DNA of 64,000 bases from NCBI GenBank assembly GCA_030649205.1, contig JAUSGE010000020.1, positions 850 to 64,849 on the forward strand, read 5' to 3'. The stretch comes from a bacterium (GTDB taxonomy: Bacteria > Patescibacteriota > Patescibacteriia > Patescibacteriales > GWC2-42-12). The notes under the pieces were generated by a model. That model did no database searches and was not told where the DNA came from. It saw nothing but the letters and a program-made list of their open reading frames with translations. The translations under genes were made by a program, and so were the position numbers. Shown here piece by piece: positions 42,096 to 51,911 of this stretch; within the stretch, counting starts at the first letter, position 1; every line of letters starts with the position of its first letter.

Positions 42096-42707
42096 TTACT
42101 CTTTTATCCCGTCCAAATTAACATCATACAAAATCTGCTCCCCGACCAGGCGATAATTATGTAATTCACCCTCCTTAAACCAAAACTTTATCTCCTTGGC
42201 CGCTTCTTCAATCGTGCCTGACGCATGAATTAAATTTCTGACGCTTCTTTGATCCAGATCGGCCATAGCGTAAGAATCAAGAGTTAAATCTCCCCGAATC
42301 GTGCCCACATCCGATGTTTGCGGCTCGGTGCCGCCGGTAATTTTCCTAACCAGCCCGACCGCGCCATTGCCTTGCCAGACCATGGCGATCACCGGACCGG
42401 AGCTTAAATATTTGGCATTGGCCTGCATCACGGCCCGGCCGTTTTCCATGTTTGTTTTAAAAGGCGACTCCAAGCCTTTTTTCTCGTAAGCGGCCCGGGC
42501 TTTGCGGCCGACTTCTTCCAGCCAAGCGTCGCCGCCCACGCCGTAATAATGCTCTATGGCCATTTTCTCGGTAGGCATAACCATTTTCAGACCCACCATT
42601 TTCAGGCCGGTTCTTTCATAGCGGCGGATAATCTCGCCGACTAAAGTTCTTTGCACGCCGTCCGGCTTAATGATAACCAGAGTTCTTTCATCTTTAGGGT
42701 GTTTCAT
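42096..42707 (-). CDS. ndk: Nucleoside diphosphate kinase (long form, 203 aa)
   Basis: TLVIIKPDGVQR and the NLIHAS active-site His context. It carries an internal insertion and a C-terminal extension relative to about 140-aa NDKs. Confidence 0.85.
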   Translation of the reverse strand: MKHPKDERTLVIIKPDGVQRTLVGEIIRRYERTGLKMVGLKMVMPTEKMAIEHYYGVGGDAWLEEVGRKARAAYEKKGLESPFKTNMENGRAVMQANAKYLSSGPVIAMVWQGNGAVGLVRKITGGTEPQTSDVGTIRGDLTLDSYAMADLDQRSVRNLIHASGTIEEAAKEIKFWFKEGELHNYRLVGEQILYDVNLDGIKE

Positions 42708-42719
42708 AAAAATATTCCG

Positions 42720-43103
42720 TTATTTTATCTTTAAAACCTGCTTAATTTTGGCGCTAACCTGGCCCGGAGTTAAACTGGCTTTTACCAGATAATCAACCGC
42801 GCCCATTTTCTGCCCCTTGATTTTATCCTCGTTGGTGCCTAAATTAGTCAGCATAATTACCGGGATTTTTTTCGTGGCCTTGTCCTTTTTAACTTCTTCC
42901 AGCACGGAAAAACCGTCCAGCTGAGGTAAAATTATGTCCAGCATGATAATATCCGGCTTTTCTTTCTTGGCCAGCTCCAGACCGAAAGCCCCGTCTTCAG
43001 CGGTTAAGACGTTAAAACCGTCGGCTTCAAATTTTGTTTTATACATGGAACTGATCATACTATCGTCCTCCACCACTAAAATCGTTTTTTTGTTTTTATC
43101 CAT
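42720..43103 (-). CDS. Single-domain response regulator (receiver only)
   Basis: ILVVEDD, DIIMLDIILPQLDG, and K in GAVDYLVKA. Confidence 0.9.
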   Translation of the reverse strand: MDKNKKTILVVEDDSMISSMYKTKFEADGFNVLTAEDGAFGLELAKKEKPDIIMLDIILPQLDGFSVLEEVKKDKATKKIPVIMLTNLGTNEDKIKGQKMGAVDYLVKASLTPGQVSAKIKQVLKIK

Positions 43104-43163
43104 AATAGATTTTTTAATTAATTTATATTATATCATTTTGCCTTAAAATAGCAAGATGGTCCT

Positions 43164-43278
43164 GTCATTGCGAGGAGCGCCAGCGACGAAGCAATCTCAC
43201 GAATGGCTAGTTTGGGTAAAAATTTATTGTTTGTGGGATTGTTTCGCCCCGACCAAATGCGTCGGGGCTCGCAATGAC
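43164..43278. repeat. Family 2 foldback repeat overlapping the 3' end of the ComEC-MBL gene
   Basis: gtcattgcgaggagcgccagcgacgaagcaatctcac ... gctcgcaatgac. The last approximately 24 codons of the ORF lie inside it. Confidence 0.85.
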
Positions 43279-44121
43279 AGATACGCCATCGCTGATAATT
43301 TCAATCGTCCCATCTTTATCCGTCCGATAAATCCTGGCGCCAACCCGCTCCAGCTTCTTTATGGTGCGTAAATTCGGATGGCCGAACTGATTATCTTTAC
43401 CCGCTTCAATGACGGCGATTTTCGGCCGAACTTTATTTAAAAATTCCTGGCCCGTGGAATACTGCGAGCCATGATGGCCGACTTTTAAAACATCGGCGCT
43501 TATGTCGGCGCCGCGGTTCAGCAGTTCGGTTTCAACTTCTTCGCCCGCGTCGCCGGTCAGTAAAAATTTGGTTTGGCCGTAGCTTAACCTGGCGATAATT
43601 GAACTTTGATTCAGATCTTCAATGGTTTGGCCCAGAAAACTTTTAGCCGGATACAGTATTTCCAGCTCACAGCCTTGCCCCAGCTTTATGGTTTGCGTTT
43701 TATCAATAATAATCATGGGCGTTTTGCTATCGCGCACCAGCTTGAGCCAAGTTAAATAATTAGGCGCCGTATGCGTTACGCCGGTGTATAAAATTTTTCC
43801 CACGCTATATCTTTTTAACACGTCTATCAAACCGGTGACGTGATCGTCATGCGGATGCGTTAAAATCATTAAGTCAATCCGCTTGTCCCACCAGGGCAAA
43901 TTTTCGCCTAGCCGCTTAACCGCGCTTTTGTCCGGTCCGCCGTCAATCAAAATATTTTGCCCCGATGGCGCCTTAATCAAAATCGCGTCCCCCTGGCCCG
44001 CGTCCAGAAAATCAACAACCAGCCGGTTGGGCGCGCGATAAGCCAGCCAGAATAAAAGAACGGCCGCGGCGCAGGCGGCCATTCCTAAAATCAGCAATAT
44101 TTTATATAATCTGGCCGACAT
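43207..44121 (-). CDS. ComEC/Rec2-type metallo-beta-lactamase domain protein with one TM anchor (start at MSARLYK; the track ORF extends into a repeat)
   Basis: VVDFLDAGQGDAILI, HPHDDH and VGHHGS motifs of the ComEC C-terminal MBL domain. Confidence 0.85.
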   Translation of the reverse strand: MSARLYKILLILGMAACAAAVLLFWLAYRAPNRLVVDFLDAGQGDAILIKAPSGQNILIDGGPDKSAVKRLGENLPWWDKRIDLMILTHPHDDHVTGLIDVLKRYSVGKILYTGVTHTAPNYLTWLKLVRDSKTPMIIIDKTQTIKLGQGCELEILYPAKSFLGQTIEDLNQSSIIARLSYGQTKFLLTGDAGEEVETELLNRGADISADVLKVGHHGSQYSTGQEFLNKVRPKIAVIEAGKDNQFGHPNLRTIKKLERVGARIYRTDKDGTIEIISDGVSVIASPDAFGRGETIPQTINFYPN

Positions 44122-44146
44122 GATTGAATTATATCTTAATTTCTCC

Positions 44147-44298
44147 GTCATTGCGAGGAGCGTCAGCGAACGCGGATCCCTCGCTTCGCTCGGGACAGGC
44201 TTCGCAATCCCCGGTTTAATATTCAAAACAAAAACATAATAAACAGCTTACTATTCTAACCGGAGATTGCTTCGCTCCCTCTGGTCGCTCGCAATGAC
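44147..44298. repeat. Family 2 repeats (two diverged halves) upstream of the ComEC-MBL gene
   Basis: gtcattgcgaggagcgtcagcgaacgc... and ggagattgcttcgctccctctggtcgctcgcaatgac. Confidence 0.8.
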
Positions 44299-44344
44299 AA
44301 TTATTATTCTAATATTAGCCATTTAACAAATAGTTATGCACATA

Positions 44345-44372
44345 TTGACAAATACTAGCCAAGTATTAGAAT
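44345..44372 (+). promoter_or_regulatory. Sigma-70-like promoter TTGACA-N16-TAGAAT
   Basis: ttgaca aatactagccaagtat tagaat. Confidence 0.6.
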
Positions 44373-44381
44373 GATAATACT

Positions 44382-44486
44382 ATGAAGCTGGAAAACTTTT
44401 CCCAGATTAAACACATTAATTATGCCATCGTTGCTATTTTGGTAGCCATGCCTTGTGTTACGCTGGGAAAAGGATTAAGGAAGTAA
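44382..44486 (+). CDS. Possible 34-aa hydrophobic peptide or leader ORF upstream of prkA
   Basis: MKLENFSQIKHINYAIVAILVAMPCVTLGKGLRK. The ATG is 9 nt after the -10 box and has no SD. Confidence 0.3.
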   Translation: MKLENFSQIKHINYAIVAILVAMPCVTLGKGLRK

Positions 44487-44518
44487 AGATAAAACCAAAC
44501 AACATCCTATCCAAAACC

Positions 44519-44547
44519 CCCGGCTAACCAAGCTGGGATTTTTGTTT
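44519..44547 (+). terminator. Intrinsic terminator between the small ORF and prkA
   Basis: cccggct-aacca-agctggg (one G-U pair) followed by ATTTTTGTTT. Confidence 0.6.
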
Positions 44548-44634
44548 AGGCCGAACTTTAACAATTTTAAGAAGAAAGGTGGTGAGTTTTACCACAACAG
44601 GCAATTATAACAACAAGCAACGGGAGGAAAAAAA

Positions 44635-46701
44635 ATGAACGGTAACAGCCTAAAGACTCTAGACAATTATTTGACAGCGGTAAAAACAGGCCAAAGGCGT
44701 TTTGAAAACGCCTATCAGTCGGTAGCCAGGATGATTTTGGAAGGCGACGATAAAATTGAAAAAGTTATCGTCAACGGCAAGATGATGTATGACTTTAAAG
44801 TTTTTCGCCGCGGCAGTAAACACGCTATCGCTATGTACGAGGTGATTAACAGCTTGGTCTCGTTCGTAAAAGACGCGGCCGAAGGCGGATCATCATCAGA
44901 GATGGCTTTTGTGCTGGTAGGCGAACCGGGTAATGGCAAAACTTTTCTGGCCGAGTCGCTCTGTTCCACTTACCGGCAATTTTTGAGTCTGCCGGAAAAC
45001 CGAAAATATACTTTCAGATTTACTAACCTGAAAAGTTTAAGCGGATTCGGCAACATCCCTGAAGCCGAATCCCAAACTTACGAAGATCCAATGATCCTGG
45101 CCATGAACCTGTCGGAGACCAAGATTGAAAATCAAAAATTCTTATCTGATCAAGGTTTTACCGACAAACAAATTGAGGCGCTTTACAAGAACTACCGGCC
45201 ATTGGGCGCTTGCTCTGATTATATCTTGAATAAAATCAGGGAGCGCACCAATGGAAATTTCCAGGACATCTGCCAACAGCACCTGCAAATTGTGCCTGTT
45301 CCAGTTAGCGAAACCCTCGGCACGATCACAGGGAAATATTCGGCTAAAGACAAAATAACTTCCTCGGCGGTTGATCTGCTGGGCGAAGAGTCAATTCAGC
45401 GGCTAATGAATATCGCCGACACCAACAATCCATACAAATTTGACCTGCGGCGCGGCGCGATCGCCCGCGTGGCCGGCGGCGGCATTCATTTCAGTGATGA
45501 AATTTTCCGCAACAAGAAAGACTTGGTGCAAGTCTATCTGGCAATTATCCAGAATCGGACAATTGAAATGGACGGCTACAAATGGCCGATTGACACCCTG
45601 ATCATCGCGACTTCCAATAATGACGTGTTCAACACTTTCAACACGGAAAAAGAAGAAGCGCCAATCGTTGACCGTTGCCGCATTTGTTTTATGTCGCACA
45701 ACACCAACTACAGATTGCAGCAAAGTCTGACCGGCTACGTTATCGGTGATGAGTTTAAAACAACCGTGGCCCATGACAAACTTCATATTGATCCAAACCT
45801 TAACTATGCCGCTTCGGTCGCGGTAACCCTAACTAGGCTGCCCAAAGCCAATAAGTTAACTCCAGTGGAAATGCTTAAACTCGCGGCCGGGGAAATCGCC
45901 GGAGACAAAAGTATTAAAACCTTGGCTGAAGTAGTTGGCGACCTTAGCCGCGAAGCCGATGTCACTAAAAGGTTCGGTCAAAAAGGGCTGGGCCAAAGAA
46001 ATTTGGGCCGGGCCATGCAGATTCTCATGGAAATGCCGGAGACCAATCAAGGCCAATGCATGTTCGCTGAAGATTATTTTCTGGCGCAGGAGCGGGTGAT
46101 CCTTGACTACGTCACGGATCCTAGCGACCGGGCAAAATTCCTTGAAGATACCAGAATCGCCAAGGGCTTATACCGTGAGCAAATTTTAATCGCCATGTTT
46201 AACACCTACATGGACGACGCGCAGGCGATCAAGCGCGATGTCATGAACTATGTCAACATGATCATCGGCATTGACGCGGAAAACCTGGGGCCGGACAAAA
46301 TGTGGCCGCGCCGCGATCCAGCCACCGGAGAAATTACTCCGTTAAAAATTGACGAAACCTGGGTCAAGAGTGTGGAAAAACGCGCCGGCATTAACACCGA
46401 AGAGGAGCGGAAAACTTTCCGCACCACCATTAAGAAGCTCTACAGCCAAAAGATGACCATAGATCCAAATTACGATTTCATGGACGATCTGCGGCTGGTA
46501 AAAGCCGTCACCGACGTGCGGCTCAAGTCTGATGTTCATGGCGTTGGCAGTTTCGCCGGAATTTTAGCGAATCAAACCAACGAGGAAAACCGAGAAAAAA
46601 GGTTCAAAGCCATTTCAACCATGATTGGCAAACTGGGCTACTGCAAAACTTGCGCGGAAAAGACGATTGAATACTACTGCAAGCCGGAAGATGAAACCTA
46701 A
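44635..46701 (+). CDS. prkA: PrkA-family AAA+ serine protein kinase-like protein (YeaG/PrkA homologue 1)
   Basis: Walker A VGEPGNGKTF. The overall layout parallels PrkA/YeaG (N-terminal helical region, ATPase core with ...IHFSDEIFRNKKDL..IIATSN, long C-terminal domain). GGGAGG SD. Confidence 0.8.
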   Translation: MNGNSLKTLDNYLTAVKTGQRRFENAYQSVARMILEGDDKIEKVIVNGKMMYDFKVFRRGSKHAIAMYEVINSLVSFVKDAAEGGSSSEMAFVLVGEPGNGKTFLAESLCSTYRQFLSLPENRKYTFRFTNLKSLSGFGNIPEAESQTYEDPMILAMNLSETKIENQKFLSDQGFTDKQIEALYKNYRPLGACSDYILNKIRERTNGNFQDICQQHLQIVPVPVSETLGTITGKYSAKDKITSSAVDLLGEESIQRLMNIADTNNPYKFDLRRGAIARVAGGGIHFSDEIFRNKKDLVQVYLAIIQNRTIEMDGYKWPIDTLIIATSNNDVFNTFNTEKEEAPIVDRCRICFMSHNTNYRLQQSLTGYVIGDEFKTTVAHDKLHIDPNLNYAASVAVTLTRLPKANKLTPVEMLKLAAGEIAGDKSIKTLAEVVGDLSREADVTKRFGQKGLGQRNLGRAMQILMEMPETNQGQCMFAEDYFLAQERVILDYVTDPSDRAKFLEDTRIAKGLYREQILIAMFNTYMDDAQAIKRDVMNYVNMIIGIDAENLGPDKMWPRRDPATGEITPLKIDETWVKSVEKRAGINTEEERKTFRTTIKKLYSQKMTIDPNYDFMDDLRLVKAVTDVRLKSDVHGVGSFAGILANQTNEENREKRFKAISTMIGKLGYCKTCAEKTIEYYCKPEDET

Positions 46702-46765
46702 CACAACGCGGGAGACGAAACATCACAAAGTTTCGTCCCCCGCAAAAAATTTAGGAGATAAAATC

Positions 46766-47905
46766 ATGAAAACACTGGACGATTTACTGGATCAAGACAG
46801 ACAAAGGAAAGCCGACGGCTTTCCGGAAAAAATTAAAATTGGGAAACTGATCGTGCCTGGCTCAAAGAATAACACCGTTGTTGTTATCCCTACCGCCACG
46901 GAAGAAAAATTCCATCACGGCCATAACCCCATGGAAGAAGAAACCACTGGCGGACAAGGCGAAGGCGAAGAAGGAGAGACGGTTGAACAGGAGCAGGATG
47001 CTGACAGCCCCCCCAGCCACCAAGCCGGCAGCGAAGGCGGCGGCGAACATGGCGCGGAAAAAGACGCCTACGAGATGGGCAGGCTGCTGACGGAAAAATT
47101 TCAGCTGCCCAACATTAAGGATAAAGGCAAAAAAGTGGCAATTGACAACTATATTTACGATCTGACCGATCGGCATCAAGGCGCCGGCCAAATTCTGGAC
47201 AAAAAAGCCACCTTGCGGCAAATTGTCAAAACCAACAACGCGCTGGGCAATTTAGACGTTGATGATATTGATACAACTAAGTTGCTGATCGCGCCCCGTG
47301 ATAAGATCTATCGGGTTTTGTCCAAGGAAAAGTCATACGAGTCGCAAGCGATTGTTTTTTTTATCCGTGATTACTCCGGCTCCATGGATGGAGCGCCGAC
47401 CAAGGTGGTAGTGGCACAGCACCTGATGATTTACAGCTGGCTGGTCTTTCAGTATAATAATCGGGTAAAATCTCGATTTATCCTGCATGATACTGAAGCC
47501 AAAGAAGTGTCTGATTTTCAAACATATTTTGGCTCAAGGACCCAGGGTGGAACGGAGATTCTGTCAGCCTACAATTTACTCAACGAGATCGTTGATCGGG
47601 AAAACCTGGCCAAAGACTACAACTTGTATGTCTTCCAAGGCACTGACGGAGATGACCAAAACGGAGACGATTACAGTCAGGAGATAATTAAACAGGCGGA
47701 AAAAATTTTAGCCTACGCTAATCGCTTCGGTCTTACGGTGGCGAAAAATGATTGGTCTTATGCCAGAGACAGAAAGACCATAGCAGAAGAGTACCTGGCC
47801 GGCCTGCTAAATTCCCATCCTGATTTGTTTAAACTGGAAGTTTTAACCGCGGCTCAAGCCAGCGATGACGAAATCGCGGCCAGCATGAAAAGGCTGATTT
47901 CTTAA
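46766..47905 (+). CDS. yeaH: YeaH/YhbH (DUF444) family protein, vWA-like (start at MKTLDDLL)
   Basis: Acidic Gly-rich linker (GGQGEGEEGE...), FIRDYSGSMDG (compare E. coli CLMDVSGSMD), HDTEAKEV, GGTEILSAY and FQGTDGDD. TAGGAG SD. Confidence 0.85.
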   Translation: MKTLDDLLDQDRQRKADGFPEKIKIGKLIVPGSKNNTVVVIPTATEEKFHHGHNPMEEETTGGQGEGEEGETVEQEQDADSPPSHQAGSEGGGEHGAEKDAYEMGRLLTEKFQLPNIKDKGKKVAIDNYIYDLTDRHQGAGQILDKKATLRQIVKTNNALGNLDVDDIDTTKLLIAPRDKIYRVLSKEKSYESQAIVFFIRDYSGSMDGAPTKVVVAQHLMIYSWLVFQYNNRVKSRFILHDTEAKEVSDFQTYFGSRTQGGTEILSAYNLLNEIVDRENLAKDYNLYVFQGTDGDDQNGDDYSQEIIKQAEKILAYANRFGLTVAKNDWSYARDRKTIAEEYLAGLLNSHPDLFKLEVLTAAQASDDEIAASMKRLIS

Positions 47906-47917
47906 AGGAGAACTATA

Positions 47918-49603
47918 ATGGAATTAATTAGCAACCACGCCAAGCAAATTATGGAGAGCTGTAAAGCCAAGGCGCGCGCCGCCGGCTTAAAGTTCTCGGA
48001 TGAAACCATGGAGTATATAGTAACTAACCGAGATTTAATCTGGCTTAGCGCTAAAAATAACGTCCCGACGCTTTATGACTATTGGCTGGATGACGTTGGA
48101 GTAATAAAAGATAAAACAGTCTACAAATTTTATCCGAATAACCCATACGAAACCGTCATTAATTCGCGGCCGCCGCTCTCCTATTACAACGACAATAATC
48201 CGGATTGGCTCAATGTAATGCTCTTCTACCATGTCTTGGGCCACATTGACTTCCTGCAAAACAATAGATATTTCGAAGAAACCCGGAACGACGACTTCGT
48301 GGGACAGGCTCTGGCCGATAAGAGATTGATCGCGGAATTACGCCAGGAACAGGGCCAGGAATCAAGGTGGGTTGATTATGTAATAGAGTTTAGCCGCGGT
48401 ATTGACAATTTGGTCGGTTTCTACAGCGAACTCAACAAAAATGATCTCCCGACGATGAACCAAGAACAGGAAAAAGTTGATTTTTACTTTGGCGGTTTCC
48501 TCGGGGAATTCGCCCAGGCAAAAAGCCGGGATTATGACGAAGAAGTCGCCAGACATAACCAATGCATCAGGGAGTTTGGACAAACTACCGGCATAAGCGT
48601 CTTTTTTGAAGACAGCAAAAAAAAGTACCCGGAGTTTGCCAAAATTTTTGAGAAGCGGACCAGGGAGAAAAAAACCAAGCCCAACGACTTGCTGCAATTC
48701 CTGATGGAAAATTCCCCGGTCATAAACCAAGGAAAAAATAACTGGATGAAAAAAGTGATGCAAGTCGTCAGAAGCACCTCGCTGTATTTTCAGCCGCAAA
48801 TTAGGACCAAGATCTTGAATGAAGGCTGGGCTAGTTTCTGGCACGATAAGCTTTTTATGGAAGACGACCGGATAACAGGCCACGGCGCTGATTATGCCAA
48901 ACTCAATGCCGGCGTAGTTTCCATGTCTCATATCGGCCTTAACCCCTACGCCTTAGGACTGAAACTCATAGATTGTCTTTATGAACTGGCGGCCAAAGGA
49001 AAGTTGAATTATAATTTTGAGAAAATTAAAGATCAACATCAACGGAAACAGTTTGACCAACAAACAGGCCGCGGCCTGGACTATCTCTTTTTCATTAGGG
49101 AAAACTTCAATGACTCCACGCTGATAAACTTTTTGTCTGACGAAGATTTCCAGGATTTTGTCGCCAAGAACCAACTGTTCGTCATGGGAACGCGGCTAAA
49201 TCCTGATACCAAGCGGCAAGAACATTATATTAAAAGCCGCCGGGCAACAGACTATCGGCAAATGATCAATAACCATCTTTACCATCCGCCACACATCACT
49301 TTTGAAAAGGCAGAGGAAGCGCTTTGCTTAACCCACCATTTTGAGGGCAAACCCTTACTGGCAAAACATATTCCCAACACCATGCTGGGAATTGAGTATC
49401 TTTGGGGCGGACCGGTTGTCCTGGAAACCACGGAAATTGTCTTGACAGACGCGGATGACGACGATGACTTACCGCCTCAATATCGGCAGCTATATGGTGA
49501 GGATTCTGACTGCTGGAAACAGCAGAGAGTCAGATACACCATGGAAAAAAGAAAATTATCTAAAAAAATTATTAAAGAAGCATCACCGCAAAATACCGGT
49601 TAA
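47918..49603 (+). CDS. spoVR: SpoVR family protein
   Basis: HVLGHIDFLQNN and NEGWASFWH motifs typical of SpoVR/YcgB. AAGGAG SD. Confidence 0.85.
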   Translation: MELISNHAKQIMESCKAKARAAGLKFSDETMEYIVTNRDLIWLSAKNNVPTLYDYWLDDVGVIKDKTVYKFYPNNPYETVINSRPPLSYYNDNNPDWLNVMLFYHVLGHIDFLQNNRYFEETRNDDFVGQALADKRLIAELRQEQGQESRWVDYVIEFSRGIDNLVGFYSELNKNDLPTMNQEQEKVDFYFGGFLGEFAQAKSRDYDEEVARHNQCIREFGQTTGISVFFEDSKKKYPEFAKIFEKRTREKKTKPNDLLQFLMENSPVINQGKNNWMKKVMQVVRSTSLYFQPQIRTKILNEGWASFWHDKLFMEDDRITGHGADYAKLNAGVVSMSHIGLNPYALGLKLIDCLYELAAKGKLNYNFEKIKDQHQRKQFDQQTGRGLDYLFFIRENFNDSTLINFLSDEDFQDFVAKNQLFVMGTRLNPDTKRQEHYIKSRRATDYRQMINNHLYHPPHITFEKAEEALCLTHHFEGKPLLAKHIPNTMLGIEYLWGGPVVLETTEIVLTDADDDDDLPPQYRQLYGEDSDCWKQQRVRYTMEKRKLSKKIIKEASPQNTG

Positions 49604-49615
49604 GGAGGAAGTGTC

Positions 49616-51892
49616 ATGACGGCTAGTCAAATAATCCAGTATCTGGGACAAAAAATGATCGGCCGAGAAAAACGCTCGCTGATTCCCTACAGTGAATTTT
49701 TGGAGGCAGTTGTTAAACAGCCTTTTTTGGCTGTCAGAAACATTTTTCAGCTGATGTATGATATGATTCACGGACATCTGGGCGACGGCGAAAATGAATA
49801 TCCGAACGATCCAGAATCCATTAATTACGTCCGCTACAACACCAACAGTCTGTTCGTTGAGGGAGCAGATAATCCATTTTTCGCCGACCGGCTGTTCGCC
49901 AATCGGCTAGTCAACGCTTTTACCGCGTTAAAAGTGGGCACCCAGCAAAATAAAATTTATATTTTTGAAGGGCCCCATGGCTGCGGCAAAAGCACTTTTT
50001 TGGCTAACCTGCTGCAGAAATTTGAAGAGTATATGTCTGGCGACCAGGGTCTTAGCTACGAAGTGGTTTGGAAGCTGGGCGTGGACAAACTAGGGGGGTT
50101 TTCCGAAATAAGCCATCAAGCCAATTCGCCCTGGCAAATGATGGAAGGCATGGGCAATGTCAGTTTTGTCCCGCCGAAGGATGGCTATATTGAAATTCCT
50201 TGTCCCAGCCATGACCATCCTCTATTGATGGTGCCGAAATCGTATCGGCGAGAATGTTTTGAGGATCTGTTTCAGAATACAGAATTCAAAACTAGGCTCA
50301 ACGACAAAGAGTATGAATGGGTATTTAAAGATACCCCCTGCGCCATCTGTCAATCGCTTTTTCGGGTATTGCTTGATAAGTTTGACAGTCCCGAAGAAGT
50401 TTTCAGCATGATTTACGCCCAAAGGTATAATGCCTGCAAAAGCCTAGGCCAGGGCATCAGCGTTTTTAACCCCGGCGACAGAGAGTTGCCGCAGGAGCAT
50501 GTGTTAACCAACCCCATGCTGCAGGAACAGATAAACCGGCTGCTTAAAAACAGCGATCTGGTCCGGTACGTCTATTCCAACTACGCGAAGACCAACAACG
50601 GAATATACGTACTGCAGGATATCAAGGACGCGAACAAGGAAAGATTTTCCAACCTCCACGGCATTATCAGCGAGCGCGTCCACAAAATCGGCAGTATTGA
50701 GGAAACGGTTAATTCATTATTCCTGGCCGTAATGAACCCGGGAGACGACAAAAACAGCGGCGAAGGCAAAACCAAGGACGTAATTGACGACAACTCTTTT
50801 CAGGATAGAAAAGAATACATAAAAATAAATTATGTCCTGGACTTCAAAACCGAGACTGAAATTTACAAGAAAGTTTTTGGCAACCGGGTGGAAAACTCTT
50901 TCTTGCCCCGCGTACTGGCAAATTTTGCCAAAGCGATTATTTCTTCGCGGCTGAAAGAGTCCAAAACAATCAACGCCTGGATTAAAGAGCCGGGCAGATA
51001 TAATCTTTATTGCGACAGTAATTTATATCTGCTAAAAATGGACATCTACGCCGGCATCATCCCGACCTGGCTCTCGGAAGAAGACCGCAAAGATTTTACC
51101 GCCGAAAGAAGAAAAAAATTAATTATGGAATCGGAGGAAGAGGGGGTGCAGGGATTTTCCGGCAGGGATTCTTTAAAAATCTTTAGCGAATTCATCACGG
51201 CTTACGCTAAAGACGGCAGACTCATTACCATGTCCAAGGTCCATGACTTTTTTCTGAAAAAAAATGGCAACCTTCACGAAAAAGTGCCGCCGGGATTTTT
51301 GGATTCCTTAATCAATTTGTACAATTATTCGGTTTTGGAAGAAGTTAAAACTGCTTTATACAACTACAACGAAGACCGAATAGCCAAGGATATCCAAAAC
51401 TATCTGTTCGCCATAAATTTTGAAATTGGGGCAAAGGAAAAATGCAAATATACCGGAGAGGAGGTGGAAATTGCAGAGGAGTTTTTTGCCTCAATTGAAA
51501 AAAAAATTCTAAGCACCGGCTCCACCGACCTGCAGCGCCTTAACTTCCGGGAAAGGTCGCTAAAAGAGTACGGCGTAAAAACCCTGCAGGAAATTATGAT
51601 CGGGGATAAAAAAATCACCGACACGGAGCAATACCGCGACCTAAAGGAAAGATACAGCCAAAACCTTAAAGAAACCGTGCTGGATCCTTTCCTGGATGAC
51701 ACAAATTTCCGTACCGCGATCAATGACTATGGCACGGAAAATTTTAGCAACAATGACAAAAAAATCAAGGATGACGTAGCCTTGCTTATTAATAATTTAA
51801 TTAATAAGTCCGGCTACACCGAACAAGGGGCCAAAGAGGTCTGCGTCTACGTTATAGACAACGACTTGGCTAGAAAATATTCAAAAAAATGA
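49616..51892 (+). CDS. Second PrkA-like P-loop protein (758 aa)
   Basis: Walker A FEGPHGCGKSTF. EFLEAVVKQPFLAVRNIFQLMYDMI parallels the PrkA N-terminus, and IPCPSHDHPLLMVPKSYRRECF parallels PrkA GCPMHEDPLHLIPHHLR. AAGGAGG SD. Confidence 0.7.
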   Translation: MTASQIIQYLGQKMIGREKRSLIPYSEFLEAVVKQPFLAVRNIFQLMYDMIHGHLGDGENEYPNDPESINYVRYNTNSLFVEGADNPFFADRLFANRLVNAFTALKVGTQQNKIYIFEGPHGCGKSTFLANLLQKFEEYMSGDQGLSYEVVWKLGVDKLGGFSEISHQANSPWQMMEGMGNVSFVPPKDGYIEIPCPSHDHPLLMVPKSYRRECFEDLFQNTEFKTRLNDKEYEWVFKDTPCAICQSLFRVLLDKFDSPEEVFSMIYAQRYNACKSLGQGISVFNPGDRELPQEHVLTNPMLQEQINRLLKNSDLVRYVYSNYAKTNNGIYVLQDIKDANKERFSNLHGIISERVHKIGSIEETVNSLFLAVMNPGDDKNSGEGKTKDVIDDNSFQDRKEYIKINYVLDFKTETEIYKKVFGNRVENSFLPRVLANFAKAIISSRLKESKTINAWIKEPGRYNLYCDSNLYLLKMDIYAGIIPTWLSEEDRKDFTAERRKKLIMESEEEGVQGFSGRDSLKIFSEFITAYAKDGRLITMSKVHDFFLKKNGNLHEKVPPGFLDSLINLYNYSVLEEVKTALYNYNEDRIAKDIQNYLFAINFEIGAKEKCKYTGEEVEIAEEFFASIEKKILSTGSTDLQRLNFRERSLKEYGVKTLQEIMIGDKKITDTEQYRDLKERYSQNLKETVLDPFLDDTNFRTAINDYGTENFSNNDKKIKDDVALLINNLINKSGYTEQGAKEVCVYVIDNDLARKYSKK

Positions 51893-51911
51893 ACAGGAGG
51901 AATAACAACGA

